Below, in pieces: positions 38,513 through 49,277 of a stretch of 64,000 nt of DNA. This stretch comes from an uncultured Armatimonadetes bacterium. Its GTDB lineage: Bacteria > Armatimonadota > Hebobacteria > Hebobacterales > Hebobacteraceae. Each line of letters opens with the position of its first letter. Position 1 is the first letter of the stretch. A program made the translations under genes and the position numbers. The stretch spans positions 3,552,001-3,616,000 of the forward strand of contig OY970296.1 in the NCBI GenBank assembly GCA_963716175.1, written 5' to 3'. A model generated the notes under the pieces. That model worked only from the letters and a program-made list of their open reading frames with translations, searched no databases and had not been told where the DNA came from.

Positions 38513-39444
38513 GCGGCGATCGGGGCAGGGGAGGAGACCGGCTCTGGTGGGCCGCGCTCAGCCAGGTGGAAGGGCTGGGCGCTGCCGGACTGCTGCGCCT
38601 GGCACGGGCCTTCGGATCGCCGGAGGCCGCGCTCCAGGCTTCGCCGCAGGAGCTGGTGACTCGCGGGCGTCTCACAGTCCAGCAGGCGCAGGAAGTGAAG
38701 CTCGCCGCCGCATCGCTGCCCGCGGTGGAGCAGCGCATCGCCGCCTGGGCGCGCGCGGGGATCGAGCTGATCGCGGCGGGCGAGCCGGGCTATCCACTGG
38801 GCCTGACGGATCTGAAGGCTCCGCCGCCCCTGTTATATCTGAGAGGTGAGCTCAGGCCGGAGGACCGCCGCGCAGTGGCGGTGGTGGGGACACGAGAGCC
38901 TACCCGCGAGGGCGAGCTGATCGCCGAGCGCCTGGCCCAGGGGCTGGCCGAGCGGGGCCTGACCATTGTCAGCGGACTGGCGCGAGGGATTGACACCGCT
39001 GGGCACCGGGGCGCGCTGGCGGCGCAGGCCGGGCGGACCATCGCCATCCTCGGATGCGGCCTCCTCCGCATCTACCCTCCGGAGAATACTTGGCTATCCG
39101 AGGAGATCGCGCACCGCGGCTGCCTGATGGCCGAGGTTCCCCCAGAGACCGAGGTCAACCGCCGCTTTCTGCTGGCCCGCGATCGCCTCCAGGCCGCATC
39201 GTCTCGCGCGGTGATCGTGGTGCAGGCTCACCGCGAGTGCGGCAGCATCGTCACCGCCAGCCACGCCCGCGCCTGCGGGCGGCTGCTCCTTGGGGTCCCG
39301 TGGCCGCGGCCGCCGTTCTCGGAGGGATGGGACAGGCTGCGCAAGCTGGGAGCGCAGCCAGTTGACCCTGAAGGGGACCTCGACGCGGTCGCGGAGCAGC
39401 TTGACTCCTGGACCGGCCCGCCTGCCCAGTCGCCCCTGCTCTAG
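38509..39444 (+). CDS. dprA: DNA-processing protein DprA
   Basis: YP..L..PPPLLYLRG, VAVVGTR, IVSGLARGIDTAGH, IYPPEN. Confidence 0.9.
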   Translation: MSGDRGRGGDRLWWAALSQVEGLGAAGLLRLARAFGSPEAALQASPQELVTRGRLTVQQAQEVKLAAASLPAVEQRIAAWARAGIELIAAGEPGYPLGLTDLKAPPPLLYLRGELRPEDRRAVAVVGTREPTREGELIAERLAQGLAERGLTIVSGLARGIDTAGHRGALAAQAGRTIAILGCGLLRIYPPENTWLSEEIAHRGCLMAEVPPETEVNRRFLLARDRLQAASSRAVIVVQAHRECGSIVTASHARACGRLLLGVPWPRPPFSEGWDRLRKLGAQPVDPEGDLDAVAEQLDSWTGPPAQSPLL

Positions 39445-41616
39445 ACGGCCCGGCGCCGGAGCCGCGGCCCTAGCCAGAGCCCCGCGCACACCGCCAGCGC
39501 CAGGAAGCTGATGACGCGGCCGATAACCAGCCCGCGGGGGTGGTAGAGGAACTCCACAGTGTGCTTGCCCTTCGGCAGCGGGGTGCCCATCAGCACGCTG
39601 TCTACGGTCACAAGCGGCGCCGCCCGGCCGTCCAGGCGGACTCGCCATCCGCGATCCCAGCGGTCATTCAGCACCAGTAGACCATCGCGCTCGCACTCGG
39701 CCCGCACTATCACTCGTTCCGGCCGAGGCTCCTCGACGGTGAGCTTCGCGGGAGCAGACGCAGCCCCGCGCAAAGCCCCCATCTCGCCCTGCACCACTGC
39801 TGTCTGGCCCAACCTGCTGGCCCTGCTCAGCTCCACGGTGCGCCGGCGGGCCTCGTTCGCGTCTCGCGCCGGCAGTACCTCTGACAGCACGAAGGCTCGG
39901 GGGAACGCGCCCTGGTTCCGGGTAGATGACAAAGGGTCCGACCCTCGTTGCCGGCACCCCCGGCAGGTTGGCCTGGGGAGGGAGCGCGAGATAGCGGGTC
40001 CCCACTACGGACAGCAGCCGCAGGTCTCCGGTCTGTGCTGCGGCCAAGGCCGACCGGAAGAAGCGCTCGTGCTCGGGGTCGGTGAACGTCGCGTAACCAC
40101 CGATGATGCGAATCCCATAGGACTGAGGGACATCCGCGGGAAGCAGCACGCGCGCTTCCACCCAGCCGTCGGGGTTGCGCGCCCAGCCACCTGGCGGTAC
40201 CCACTTGGCGTCAATGGTCGAGGCCGGCACGATCCAGGCCCGCCACCAGGTGGTGTCACTCAGCAGGGCCTCGGCGGCGGGATTGGGTGCGGTGAGAACC
40301 ATCGGGTCGCTCATCGGCGCCAATGTGCGATCGAACCAGACCAGATCACCGGCCGCGAACGCTGCCGCCACCGCTCCCAGGACCAGCAGCCGGCGACCGC
40401 GGCCCATCGGGCGCCAGCTCGCGAGCACATCCCATCCCTGCCCAGCGAGCAACGCTGCCGCGAAGGTGAACAGGAAGATATAGCGGGCCGGCACTCGGAA
40501 CTCCGAGAAGCCTGGCACGAACCGGAGCAACTGGTAGAGCGGGTTGCCCCGGGCCAGAGCCAGCGCCAGCGCGACCACGCCCAGGCCGGCGAGGGGCCAG
40601 CCGCGTCGGCGAGTAGCGCCCACCAGGGCGAGGGCGAGAGGCACCAGGCCGATGTAGAGCACGTACTCCCAATAGTAGTTCTCTCCGGTATAGCTGTTGA
40701 AGGCCGGCGTACCCTGCCAGTTCGGCCGAATCAGTCCAAACAGGTGCTTGGGAAGCAGGGAGAATGAGGTGACATAACGCAAGCTGCCCCGTTCGCCGTG
40801 GGGCGCGGCCGCCGCCAGGTCATAGGTCATCAAGAGCTGGACCGCGGCCAGCCCCAACCCGAGAGCGAGAATCGCCACCAGCAATCCAGCCGCGCGCCGC
40901 AGCGGCCATCGCCGCTCGGCCCGGCGCGAGGCCGCCCACCGCCAGCCCACCCAGAAGAGCACGATCAGGGTGATCTGAAACAGAGTCTGTGGATGGCCGC
41001 ACAGGGCGCTGGCGGCCCAGGCCGTGCCCGCCAGCGCGGCATTGGGCAGCAGGGGTCCGCGCCAGGCGCGCTCGACGAACAGGATCACGACCGGCAGCCA
41101 GCTGGCCGCGCAGAGCAGGCTGACGTGCTGCAGATGCGCGAACAGGTAGCCACCGAAAGAGAAGGTGAGAGCGGCCAGCCAAGCCGAGAACGGCGAGAGT
41201 CCGAGCAGTCGGGCGAGCAGATACATGGAGACCGCGGCCAGCAGCAGATGCGAGATCACCAGCCAGTTGATGGCGCCGGAGGAGGGGAGGAGCCACGAGA
41301 GCAGGAGGGAAACCGGGTAGAAGACGGCGATCTGACCCTCAGCCGCGATCGGATAGCCGCAGAAGAGGTACGGCGACCACAGAGGAAGACGTCCGGCCCG
41401 CAAGCTCTCGTGCAGCAGCGACTTCGCCGGCTGGAAGAAGTAGCAGATGTCGCTCAGCAACACAAAGCCCCGCAGCACCGCCGCCCGCCACAACAGGACC
41501 ATTTGCAGCGCCACCAACGAGCCGATGGCGGCGCCGTCAGTGCGCCACCGCCAAGACCTCGAGGCTGGGGCGTTGCCGGTCTGACGAGGGCCGACTGCTC
41601 GTCTACGTCTGGGCAT
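39441..41616 (-). CDS. YfhO-family membrane protein (GT-C-like), split by an apparent +1 indel at ~39920-39922
   Basis: LPLWSPYLFCGYP, GHPQ, FRVPARY; C-terminal FPRAF..LVLNDRWDRGW..VDSVLMG..GKHTVEFLYHP in a second frame. Confidence 0.85.
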
Positions 41617-41677
41617 CGTAAGTCACTCTTCTGGTTGGGAAGAGGGCAAACCTACTGGAGCCGGCCTCTCAGGCTTT

Positions 41678-41705
41678 AGGTCCGATAATAGTTCTTATGT
41701 TACAT
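41678..41705. other. Candidate XerC/XerD dif site (chromosome dimer resolution)
   Basis: AGGTCCGATAA-TAGTTC-TTATGTTACAT: 11-6-11 layout, XerD arm one mismatch from TTATGTTAAAT; intergenic and AT-rich in a GC-rich background. Confidence 0.8.
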
Positions 41706-41807
41706 TTCTACCCAGGACCCCGCTGGCTCTGAGGGGCGGCTTAGCTAGCCTGGAATGCCGCGAGGGGCGTTCGAGGGCAGTGCCCGCGGCCGGAGGTGGA
41801 CGCCTTG

Positions 41808-42588
41808 CTACCCCCGGGCGTTGGTGGCGTGGGCCACGTAGAAGACGCGGTCGCTCATTGCGGTTGGCGGAGTGACGCGGTAGGCGTCGTAGCTGCGGGT
41901 GTCGCTGAACGCGGCCTCGAACAGTAGAAGGCGCAGTTCGGCATCGGTGTACGCGCGCTGGCGGTGGGTCAGGCTAAACTGCTCCTTCGCGGGCAGGATC
42001 TCGAAGTGCATCCGGATGCTGCTGATCCGGCTCTTCGCATCATACTTGCTCAGCCAACGGTACTTCACGTCGGCCCCCTCCTGGCTGGCCTGCGTGAATA
42101 GCTCGGCCTCGAGTGCGCGCACAGTGTTGACATCGAAGATGAGCAGACCGCCGGGCTTCAGCGCGGCGTGGCAGTTAGCAAACGCGCGTTTGAGGTTATC
42201 CGGATCCAGAATGTAGTTGAGGCTGTCATAGAGGCAGACCGCGTGATCGAAGTTGGCTGGAAGCTGGAAGTCACAGAGATCGCGGCAGATGAACTCCACC
42301 TCCAGCCCGCGCGCGGCCGCCTTCCGCCTCGCCTCCACCAACATGGGCTGCGAGCGGTCCACCCCGGTGACCACGCAAGCGCGCGCCGCGAACTCCAGCG
42401 CCACCGATCCAGTCCCGGTGGCGAGGTCCAGCAGATGCGTCCCCGGCCGAATCAGCCGGCCCGAGAGGGCGGCCAGCTCGGAGACGTAATCCGCCCACCG
42501 GGGGTAGGGGACTGAGGACATCGAGCGCGTCGTAGTAGGGGGCAAGGCGGGCGAACGGATCTGGCTCCCGCCGGCCTTCCTGCTTCAT
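41808..42588 (-). CDS. Class I SAM-dependent methyltransferase, split by an apparent extra base at ~42522
   Basis: FARLAPYYDAL joins MSSVPYPRWADYV; LDLATGTG, GVDRS..M, CLYDSLNY, LKPGGLLIFD. Confidence 0.88.
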
Positions 42589-42603
42589 CCCGCCGCCCCT
42601 CCC

Positions 42604-43638
42604 CTACTCCGGCAGTACCAGTTGCCGACCCACTGCTGCCGCCACTCGCGCCGCGGCCCGCATCAGCTCGGCGAATTTGTCCGGGCGCAGGGACTGGGGC
42701 CCATCTGACAGCGCGGCCGACGGATCTGGGTGAACCTCCACCATGATGCCGTCCGCGCCGGCGGCGATCGCGCCCAGGGCGATGGCGGTGACATAGCGCC
42801 AGTCTCCAGCGGCGTGGCTGGGGTCAGCGATCACTGGCAGGTGGGTGAACCGCTTGATCACGGGAACTGCGTTCACGTCCATGGTGTAGCGGGTGGCGTC
42901 CTCGAAAGTGGTGATCCCCCGCTCGCACAGCACCACATTCGGGTTGCCCTCCAGCATGATGTACTCGGAGGCCATCAGCAGGTCGCGGATGCGGCAGCCG
43001 GGGTTGCGCTTCAGCACCACCGGCTTGCCTGTCCTCCCGACCTCCTGCAGCAGTCGGAAGTTCTGCATGTTGCGCGCGCCCACCTGGATCGCGTCAGCAT
43101 ATTCCGCGATCATCGGCAGATCGCCGGGATGGAGCACCTCAGTCACGATCGGCAGCCCGGTGAGCCGGCGCACTTCAGCCAGAATCTCCAGCCCCTCCAC
43201 CCCCAGTCCCTGGAAGCTATAGGGCGAAGTGCGCGGTTTGAAGGCCCCGCCTCGCAGCAGGTTCGCCCCCGCCCCCTTGACGGCCCACGCCGTCTCCAGC
43301 ATCTGCTGCCGGGTCTCGACGCTGCAGGGCCCCGCGATCACGGCCAGCCGCGTCGCCCCGATGGTGACAGGCCCCACCTGCACCAGGGAAGGCTCGGGGT
43401 GAGTGCGGCGCGAGGCGAGCTTGTAAGGCTCGGAAATGAGGGTGACGCGCTCGACTCCGGGGAGGGCGGAGAAGTGATCCACCAGCTCGGCCTTCTCGGC
43501 ATCCATCGCCCCCAGCAAAGCGATCACCTTCCGCTCCACTCCGGGGTTGATGAATGGGCGGAAGCCGGCCTTCTCCACCGCCCGCAGGACGGCCTCGACC
43601 TCCGCCTCCGACGCCCCCGCCTGCATGATGATCACCAT
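42604..43638 (-). CDS. aroF: DAHP synthase, type I-beta with N-terminal regulatory domain
   Basis: IAGPCSVE, RGGAFKPRTSPYSFQG, GARNMQN, LCERGI, DPSH, EVHP. Confidence 0.95.
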   Translation of the reverse strand: MVIIMQAGASEAEVEAVLRAVEKAGFRPFINPGVERKVIALLGAMDAEKAELVDHFSALPGVERVTLISEPYKLASRRTHPEPSLVQVGPVTIGATRLAVIAGPCSVETRQQMLETAWAVKGAGANLLRGGAFKPRTSPYSFQGLGVEGLEILAEVRRLTGLPIVTEVLHPGDLPMIAEYADAIQVGARNMQNFRLLQEVGRTGKPVVLKRNPGCRIRDLLMASEYIMLEGNPNVVLCERGITTFEDATRYTMDVNAVPVIKRFTHLPVIADPSHAAGDWRYVTAIALGAIAAGADGIMVEVHPDPSAALSDGPQSLRPDKFAELMRAAARVAAAVGRQLVLPE

Positions 43639-43653
43639 CGGTCAAGGCCTCGG

Positions 43654-44097
43654 CTAGAACGCGTCGCCACCGGCATGGCTGGCGCGGGCCAGCACTTCCT
43701 CGGTGGCATAGATAGGCGCTTCCGCGCGCAGAGCCAGGGCCACCGCATCCCCGGGACGCGCCGGGAGCGAAATCTCATCTCGCCCTGCCAGCAAGTGCAG
43801 GCTGGCGTAGAAGGTGTCCGCGCTGAGATCGTCAATCACCACTCGCTGGAGCGCGGTCGAGAGCCTCTCGATCAGACGCAGGGCGAGGTCGTGGGTGAGG
43901 GGCCGGGCCACGATATGCTGCTGGAGAGCCACGTGAATCGCTAGCCCTTCACAGGAGCCGACGGGAACCCGCAGCTCGCGGGCGTCCCCATCCCTCAGAA
44001 TGAGCAAGGGGACTCGTTCCTCACCCTCGGGAGGATCCGGCTCCTGCTCGAACACACCAACGACTTCGACCTTGACCTCATCCTCACGGGTGGCCAC
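43654..44097 (-). CDS. Bifunctional nuclease family (DUF151) protein
   Basis: RPLTHDL, TFYA.L, ARPGDAVALALR..APIY. Confidence 0.9.
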   Translation of the reverse strand: MATREDEVKVEVVGVFEQEPDPPEGEERVPLLILRDGDARELRVPVGSCEGLAIHVALQQHIVARPLTHDLALRLIERLSTALQRVVIDDLSADTFYASLHLLAGRDEISLPARPGDAVALALRAEAPIYATEEVLARASHAGGDAF

Positions 44098-44127
44098 ACC
44101 AGCCCTCCTGAGGCCTCCCCCGCGGCT

Positions 44128-45393
44128 TCACTTCGACTCCTTGTTCAGCTCCCGCTGCACCCACTTGAGGAACTCGGCATTAGATGAGGTCTTGCGCAGG
44201 CCGGTCAGCAGCAGCTCCGTCGCCTGGGTAGTGTCGAGCGCGTTCAGCACCCGGCGCAGTTGGTAGACCCGCTGCAGCTCTTCTTCCGAGAACAGCAGTT
44301 CCTGGTGGCGAGTGCCGGAGCGCTGAATGTCAATCGCGGGGAAGATGCCGCGGTCCGCCATGGAGCGATCGAGCACCACCTCCCAGTTGCCAGTGGCCTT
44401 GAACTCCTCGAAGATCATGTCGTCCATGCGGCTTCCGGTCTCGACCAGAGCAGTGGCGATCACCGTCAGGCTGCCGCCTTCCTCAATGTTGCGGGCGGAA
44501 GCGAAGAAGCGCTTGGGGCGATAGAGGGCACTGGGGTCTAGGCCGCCGGATAGGGTACGGCCGCTGGGCGCCACCGTGAGGTTGGAGGCGCGGGCGAGAC
44601 GGGTGAGGGAATCCAACAGCACCACCACATCCTTGCCTGCCTCTACCAGCCGCTTGGCGTGCTCCAGCACGATCTCCTGAAGCTTGAGGTGATTCTCGGG
44701 CACCTCGTCGAAAGTGGAGGCGGCCACTTCCCCATCCACCGAGCGTCGGATATCAGTCACCTCTTCCGGCCGCTCGTCAATCAGCAGCACCATCAGGTGG
44801 GCTTCGGGGTGGTTGGTGGTGATGCTGTTCGCAAGCTGCTTCAGCATCGTGGTCTTGCCGGCCTTGGGCGGGGAAACGATCATTCCTCGTTGGCCCTTGC
44901 CCACCGGCGCCACGATGTCTATGAAGCGGCCGGTGACGGCGGTGGGCGATGTCTCCATGCGCAGCCGCTCCGAGGGATAGACGGGGATCAGCTCGTCGAA
45001 GCTCTTGCGCTGGCGCGCTGCCTCCGGCGGCAAGCCGTTCACCGCCTCCACTTTGAGCAGGCTGTAGTAGCGCTCCCCGCTCTTGGGCAGTCGCACTGCC
45101 CCCACCACCGTGTCCCCGGTCTTGAGGCCCAGGCGCTTGATCTGGGATTGGGACACGTAGACGTCTTCCTGGCTGGGCAGGTAGTTGCGCACCCGGAGAA
45201 ACCCGTACCCCTCTGGCAAAATCTCCAGCACTCCCTGGGTCCAGATCAGGCCGTTCCGCTCTGCCTGGCGCCGCATGATCTCGACCATTAGCTCTCGCTT
45301 GCGCAGCTTCTCGTACTCAGAGACCGAGAGCTCCTTGGCGATCCCTTGCAGGTCGTCCAGGCTCTTCTCTTCCAGTTCCTGTAGTTCCAGCAC
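44128..45393 (-). CDS. rho: Transcription termination factor Rho
   Basis: [55 protein letters not shown]. Confidence 0.97.
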   Translation of the reverse strand: MLELQELEEKSLDDLQGIAKELSVSEYEKLRKRELMVEIMRRQAERNGLIWTQGVLEILPEGYGFLRVRNYLPSQEDVYVSQSQIKRLGLKTGDTVVGAVRLPKSGERYYSLLKVEAVNGLPPEAARQRKSFDELIPVYPSERLRMETSPTAVTGRFIDIVAPVGKGQRGMIVSPPKAGKTTMLKQLANSITTNHPEAHLMVLLIDERPEEVTDIRRSVDGEVAASTFDEVPENHLKLQEIVLEHAKRLVEAGKDVVVLLDSLTRLARASNLTVAPSGRTLSGGLDPSALYRPKRFFASARNIEEGGSLTVIATALVETGSRMDDMIFEEFKATGNWEVVLDRSMADRGIFPAIDIQRSGTRHQELLFSEEELQRVYQLRRVLNALDTTQATELLLTGLRKTSSNAEFLKWVQRELNKESK

Positions 45394-45743
45394 CTCTCCC
45401 GCCCTCTCTACGCCGCGCTGGTAAGCAGTGTCAACGACGAAGGCCGCGCGGCCTGCTATGACGATGCCGGCAAGACTCCCCCGGCCGGTTCGAGCACATC
45501 AGTGGGGATTGTTGCTTGCTTCGGAAATGTCGGGATAAAGGACCCCGCGCGCACGACCAGGATTTCTGCTCCGGGCCTAAGTCCAGACCGAGCGACGCAC
45601 GCACATGCTAGGGAATTCAGTCCGGTTACACCACCGCAATTATACCACAAACCTCCCGCTAGGTACACCGACACTGTCACAATTTCGCCATATCCGGGGC
45701 CTGGCGAAAAGGCTGTCCGCACCGGAAGGCGGAGGCCGTGCGG

Positions 45744-46334
45744 CTATTCTATCTCATCCGGCGGGGTGCCCCGGCCGGCGTAGATGTCGGCCTTGAGGAT
45801 GCCGATGAAGGGGAGATTGCGGTAGCGCTGGGCGAAATCCAGCCCATAGCCAACCACGAAGGCGTCCGGTATCTGGAAACCGAGATAGTCTGCCTTCGCC
45901 TCAATCTTGCGCCTGCTCGGCTTGTCCAGCAGCGCGGCCACTCGCACGCTGGCCGGCCTCCGGGCGCGAATGGTGTCGAGCAGGTAATGCAGAGTCAGCC
46001 CGGTGTCAATGATGTCCTCCACCACCAGCACGTGCTTGCTCTCGACATTGGTCTCCAGGTCCTTCATGATGCGGAAGATGCCACTGGAAGAGGTGTCTTT
46101 GCCATAGCTGGACCAGGAGACGAAATCCACGGTGCAGGGCAGGTCCAGGTGGCGCATCAGGTCGGCCAGGAAGACGAAGGCCCCGTTGAGCACGCCCACC
46201 AGCACCGGGTCCTTATCCCGGTAGTCGCGCCCAATCCTCTCGGCCAGCTCCTTCACCTTCGCCTGGATCTGCTCTCCGCGGATAAGGATTTCCTTGATGT
46301 CGGACATCATGCCGAGCACCTCATTCCCATTCAA
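45744..46334 (-). CDS. hpt: Hypoxanthine phosphoribosyltransferase
   Basis: [36 protein letters not shown]. Confidence 0.96.
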   Translation of the reverse strand: MNGNEVLGMMSDIKEILIRGEQIQAKVKELAERIGRDYRDKDPVLVGVLNGAFVFLADLMRHLDLPCTVDFVSWSSYGKDTSSSGIFRIMKDLETNVESKHVLVVEDIIDTGLTLHYLLDTIRARRPASVRVAALLDKPSRRKIEAKADYLGFQIPDAFVVGYGLDFAQRYRNLPFIGILKADIYAGRGTPPDEIE

Positions 46335-47871
46335 TCGTTGCCGGTGGCTTGGAGCTGACGTCGTAGACCACCCGATTCACCCCAGGCACCTCGTTGCTGA
46401 TGCGAGTGCTGATGCGGGAGAGCACGTCGTACGGCAGGTCAGCGAAATCCGCGGTCATGGCGTCCTCGCTGACTACGGCTCGCAGAATCACGGTGCTGCC
46501 GTAAGTCCGCTGATCCCCCATGACCCCCACGCTCTTCAGCGGCGCTAGCACCCCGAAACACTGAAAGAGCCGCCGGTAGAGGCCTGCGGCCCTGATCTCC
46601 TCGATGATGATCGCGTCCGCCTCCCTCAGGGTATGGAGGCCCTCCGGCGTCACCTCGCCCAGAATGCGGATCGCCAGGCCCGGGCCGGGGAAGGGATGCC
46701 GCCACACGATCTCGCCTGGAAGCCCCAGCTCCTCCCCTACCGCGCGCACCTCGTCTTTGAACAGGTACCGCACTGGCTCCACCAAAAGCAGCTTGAGCGT
46801 CTCCGGCAGGCCCCCGACGTTGTGGTGGGTCTTGATCCGCGCCGCCTGCCGGGTGCCGCTCTCGATGACATCGGGGTAGAGCGTCCCTTGAGCCAGGAAC
46901 CGCACGTCGCCCAGGCTGCGCGCCCCCTCCTCCAGCACCGCGGCATACTCCTGGCCGATGATGCGCCGCTTGTGCTCGGGGTCAACTACGCCCTGGAGTC
47001 GCTTGAGGAAACGCTCCTGCACCTGGGCGTGAATCAAGTTGAGGCGGAAGTGCTCGCTGAAGGTCTGCACCACCTGCTCGCTCTCGCCCTTACGCAGGAA
47101 GCCGTGGTCCATGAAGATGCACGTCAACTGCTCGCCCACCGCCCGGTGAACCAGGGCCGCGGTGACCGCGGAATCCACCCCTCCGCTCAAGGCACACACC
47201 ACCTTGCCATCACTCACCTGCTCTCGCACCGCTCGCACGGACTCGGCCACCACCGAGGCCGTGGTCCACAGCTCGCGGCAGCCGCATTGCTGGTAGAGGA
47301 AGCTGCGGAAGACTTCGATGCCCCACGGAGTGTGCACCACCTCCGGGTGGAATTGCACTCCGAAGAGACGGCGGCGGCGATCGGACATGGCGGCGCACAC
47401 GCTGGCCGTCCGCGCGGTGGCCACGAAGCCGGCCGGCACTTTCTCCACCCGATCCCCGTGGCTCATCCAGGCGATCAAGCGGGGGTTGAGGCCCTGGAAG
47501 ATGTCACCGTCGTCCACTACCGCCAGCTCAGTCCGACCGTACTCCCGATGCTGGCCTCCTTTCACCTCTCCGCCCAGCACCTTGGCCATCAGCTGCATCC
47601 CGTAGCAGATACCGAGCACGGGGATGCCGGCCTCGAATAACGCCGGGTCGCACAGCGGCGCGCCCTCATCGTAGACGCTGCTGGGGCCGCCCGAGAACAC
47701 GAGGCCTTTGGGGTGCCGCGCCAGGATCTCCGACGTGGGCGTGTCGTGGGGCAGGATTTCGCAGTAGACGTGACACTCCCGGATGCGGCGCGCGATGAGC
47801 TGGTTGTACTGGGCACCGAAATCCAGTACGATCACCAGCTCTTCCGGTTTGCCCGCAGCCGATGCTGGCAT
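46321..47871 (-). CDS. guaA: GMP synthase (glutamine-hydrolysing)
   Basis: [46 protein letters not shown]. Confidence 0.98.
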   Translation of the reverse strand: MPASAAGKPEELVIVLDFGAQYNQLIARRIRECHVYCEILPHDTPTSEILARHPKGLVFSGGPSSVYDEGAPLCDPALFEAGIPVLGICYGMQLMAKVLGGEVKGGQHREYGRTELAVVDDGDIFQGLNPRLIAWMSHGDRVEKVPAGFVATARTASVCAAMSDRRRRLFGVQFHPEVVHTPWGIEVFRSFLYQQCGCRELWTTASVVAESVRAVREQVSDGKVVCALSGGVDSAVTAALVHRAVGEQLTCIFMDHGFLRKGESEQVVQTFSEHFRLNLIHAQVQERFLKRLQGVVDPEHKRRIIGQEYAAVLEEGARSLGDVRFLAQGTLYPDVIESGTRQAARIKTHHNVGGLPETLKLLLVEPVRYLFKDEVRAVGEELGLPGEIVWRHPFPGPGLAIRILGEVTPEGLHTLREADAIIIEEIRAAGLYRRLFQCFGVLAPLKSVGVMGDQRTYGSTVILRAVVSEDAMTADFADLPYDVLSRISTRISNEVPGVNRVVYDVSSKPPATIEWE

Positions 47872-49032
47872 CTACTTGGTTCCGCCCACTCCCTGCGCTC
47901 GCTGCTGCGCCTTGCCCTCGAACGGCAGTGCGGGCGCCACCACGATCTCCGTTTTCTGCATTTCCCTTAGCGTCCCCGCGCCGCAGGTCGCCATGGATAG
48001 GCGGAGCGCGCCGAACAGGTTCATGGTGCCGTCATCCCGCTTCGCCGGCCCGAGCAGAATCTGCTTCATGGGCCCGGCCACTCCCACGTGAATCCGCGTG
48101 CCGCGCGGCAGTCCGATGTCAGAGGTGGCCATCCCCCAATGGTAGCCCTTGCCCGGCGCCTCCTCGGCCGCCGCCAGCGGGGATCCGATCATGAGCGCGT
48201 CTGCTCCAGCAGCGACCGCCTTGGCGATGTCGCCGCCCACTCGCATCCCACCATCCAGGATAACGGGCACCCGCCGGCCGCTCTCTCGCTCGTAATCATC
48301 CCGGGCCGCGGCGCAGTCCACGGCCGCGGTGACCTGGGGCACGCCAATGCCCAGCACCCTGCGGGTGGTGCAGGCCGCGCCCGGCCCCACCCCCACCAAC
48401 ACCGCGTCGGCCCCCGCGCGCATCAGCTCCAGCGCGGCCTGATAGCTGACGCAGTTGCCAACAAACACAGGCGCCTCTACCAGATCGCGGAGGCGTTTGA
48501 AGTCCGGGTTCGCGTAGCGAGACGAGATAATCCGGGCGGTGGTGACAGTGGACTGGACTACCAGTACGTCAATCTTGCCGGGTCCGATGGTCTTGGCCGC
48601 GTGTTCGGCGAAAGCGGGGGTGGGCGACACCGCCACTTTGGCCCCCAGCTCGCGCATCTCGGCGACTCGCCGCCGCATCAGGTCGTCCTTCGTGGGCTCC
48701 TGGTAGGCCTCCTGGATCACCGCTACGGCTTCCTCCGGCTGGGCTGAGACGATGCGATCGTAGACCGGGCCGGGATCCCCGTACCGACATTGCAGGCCCT
48801 GCAAGTGGAGCACTGCGAGCCCGCCCAGAGTGCTGAGAGCCACGGCCGAGCGAGGGTCCACCACCGAGTCCATGCTCGAGGCCAGCACCGGCAGGCTCAG
48901 CCGGATGCCGGCCAGGTCACAGCTCAGGTCCACATCTTCGGGGTCTAGCGTCGTCGCACCGGGAACCAGCGCGACGTCATCGAACCCGTAGGTCTGCCGG
49001 CTCTTCCGTCCCCGACCGATCTCGATCTCCAC
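47872..49032 (-). CDS. guaB3: GuaB3-family IMP dehydrogenase
   Basis: [46 protein letters not shown]; no CBS domains. Confidence 0.92.
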   Translation of the reverse strand: MEIEIGRGRKSRQTYGFDDVALVPGATTLDPEDVDLSCDLAGIRLSLPVLASSMDSVVDPRSAVALSTLGGLAVLHLQGLQCRYGDPGPVYDRIVSAQPEEAVAVIQEAYQEPTKDDLMRRRVAEMRELGAKVAVSPTPAFAEHAAKTIGPGKIDVLVVQSTVTTARIISSRYANPDFKRLRDLVEAPVFVGNCVSYQAALELMRAGADAVLVGVGPGAACTTRRVLGIGVPQVTAAVDCAAARDDYERESGRRVPVILDGGMRVGGDIAKAVAAGADALMIGSPLAAAEEAPGKGYHWGMATSDIGLPRGTRIHVGVAGPMKQILLGPAKRDDGTMNLFGALRLSMATCGAGTLREMQKTEIVVAPALPFEGKAQQRAQGVGGTK

Positions 49033-49169
49033 GCGCTAGCATCCTCCATTTCCGCGCGGCCCGTCGCAGGCCGCCCAGATGAGCGCGCACCCCTTCAAGG
49101 CCTGGGGTAAGGGTCACGACTGCATCGGGCCTGCTCGCCGGCCCGCGCGTCTGCCGCTCTCTGGTAAGG

Positions 49170-49192
49170 AAAAACGGCCCTCCCCGGGCCGC
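49170..49192 (-). terminator. Terminator-like hairpin inside the gua operon leader
   Basis: Minus strand GCGGCCC-gggga-GGGCCGT followed by TTTT. Confidence 0.5.
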
Positions 49193-49214
49193 TGGGTCCA
49201 AGAGTGATGGCGGT

Positions 49215-49243
49215 ATTCTAGCAGTCTAGAGGGCCGTTGTCAA
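49215..49243 (-). promoter_or_regulatory. sigma70 promoter of guaB3-guaA-hpt
   Basis: Minus strand TTGACA-N17-TAGAAT. Confidence 0.78.
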
Positions 49244-49277
49244 ACCAGCCAGGCACGCGGACCGCGGAAGTCTGGCG

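Noticed and set aside
45394-45650. Novel ncRNA in the ~240-nt rho leader (extended -10 TGGTATAAT at 45639-45647)
   Set aside because: Long autoregulatory leaders are an established feature of rho; no distinct structure supports a separate RNA
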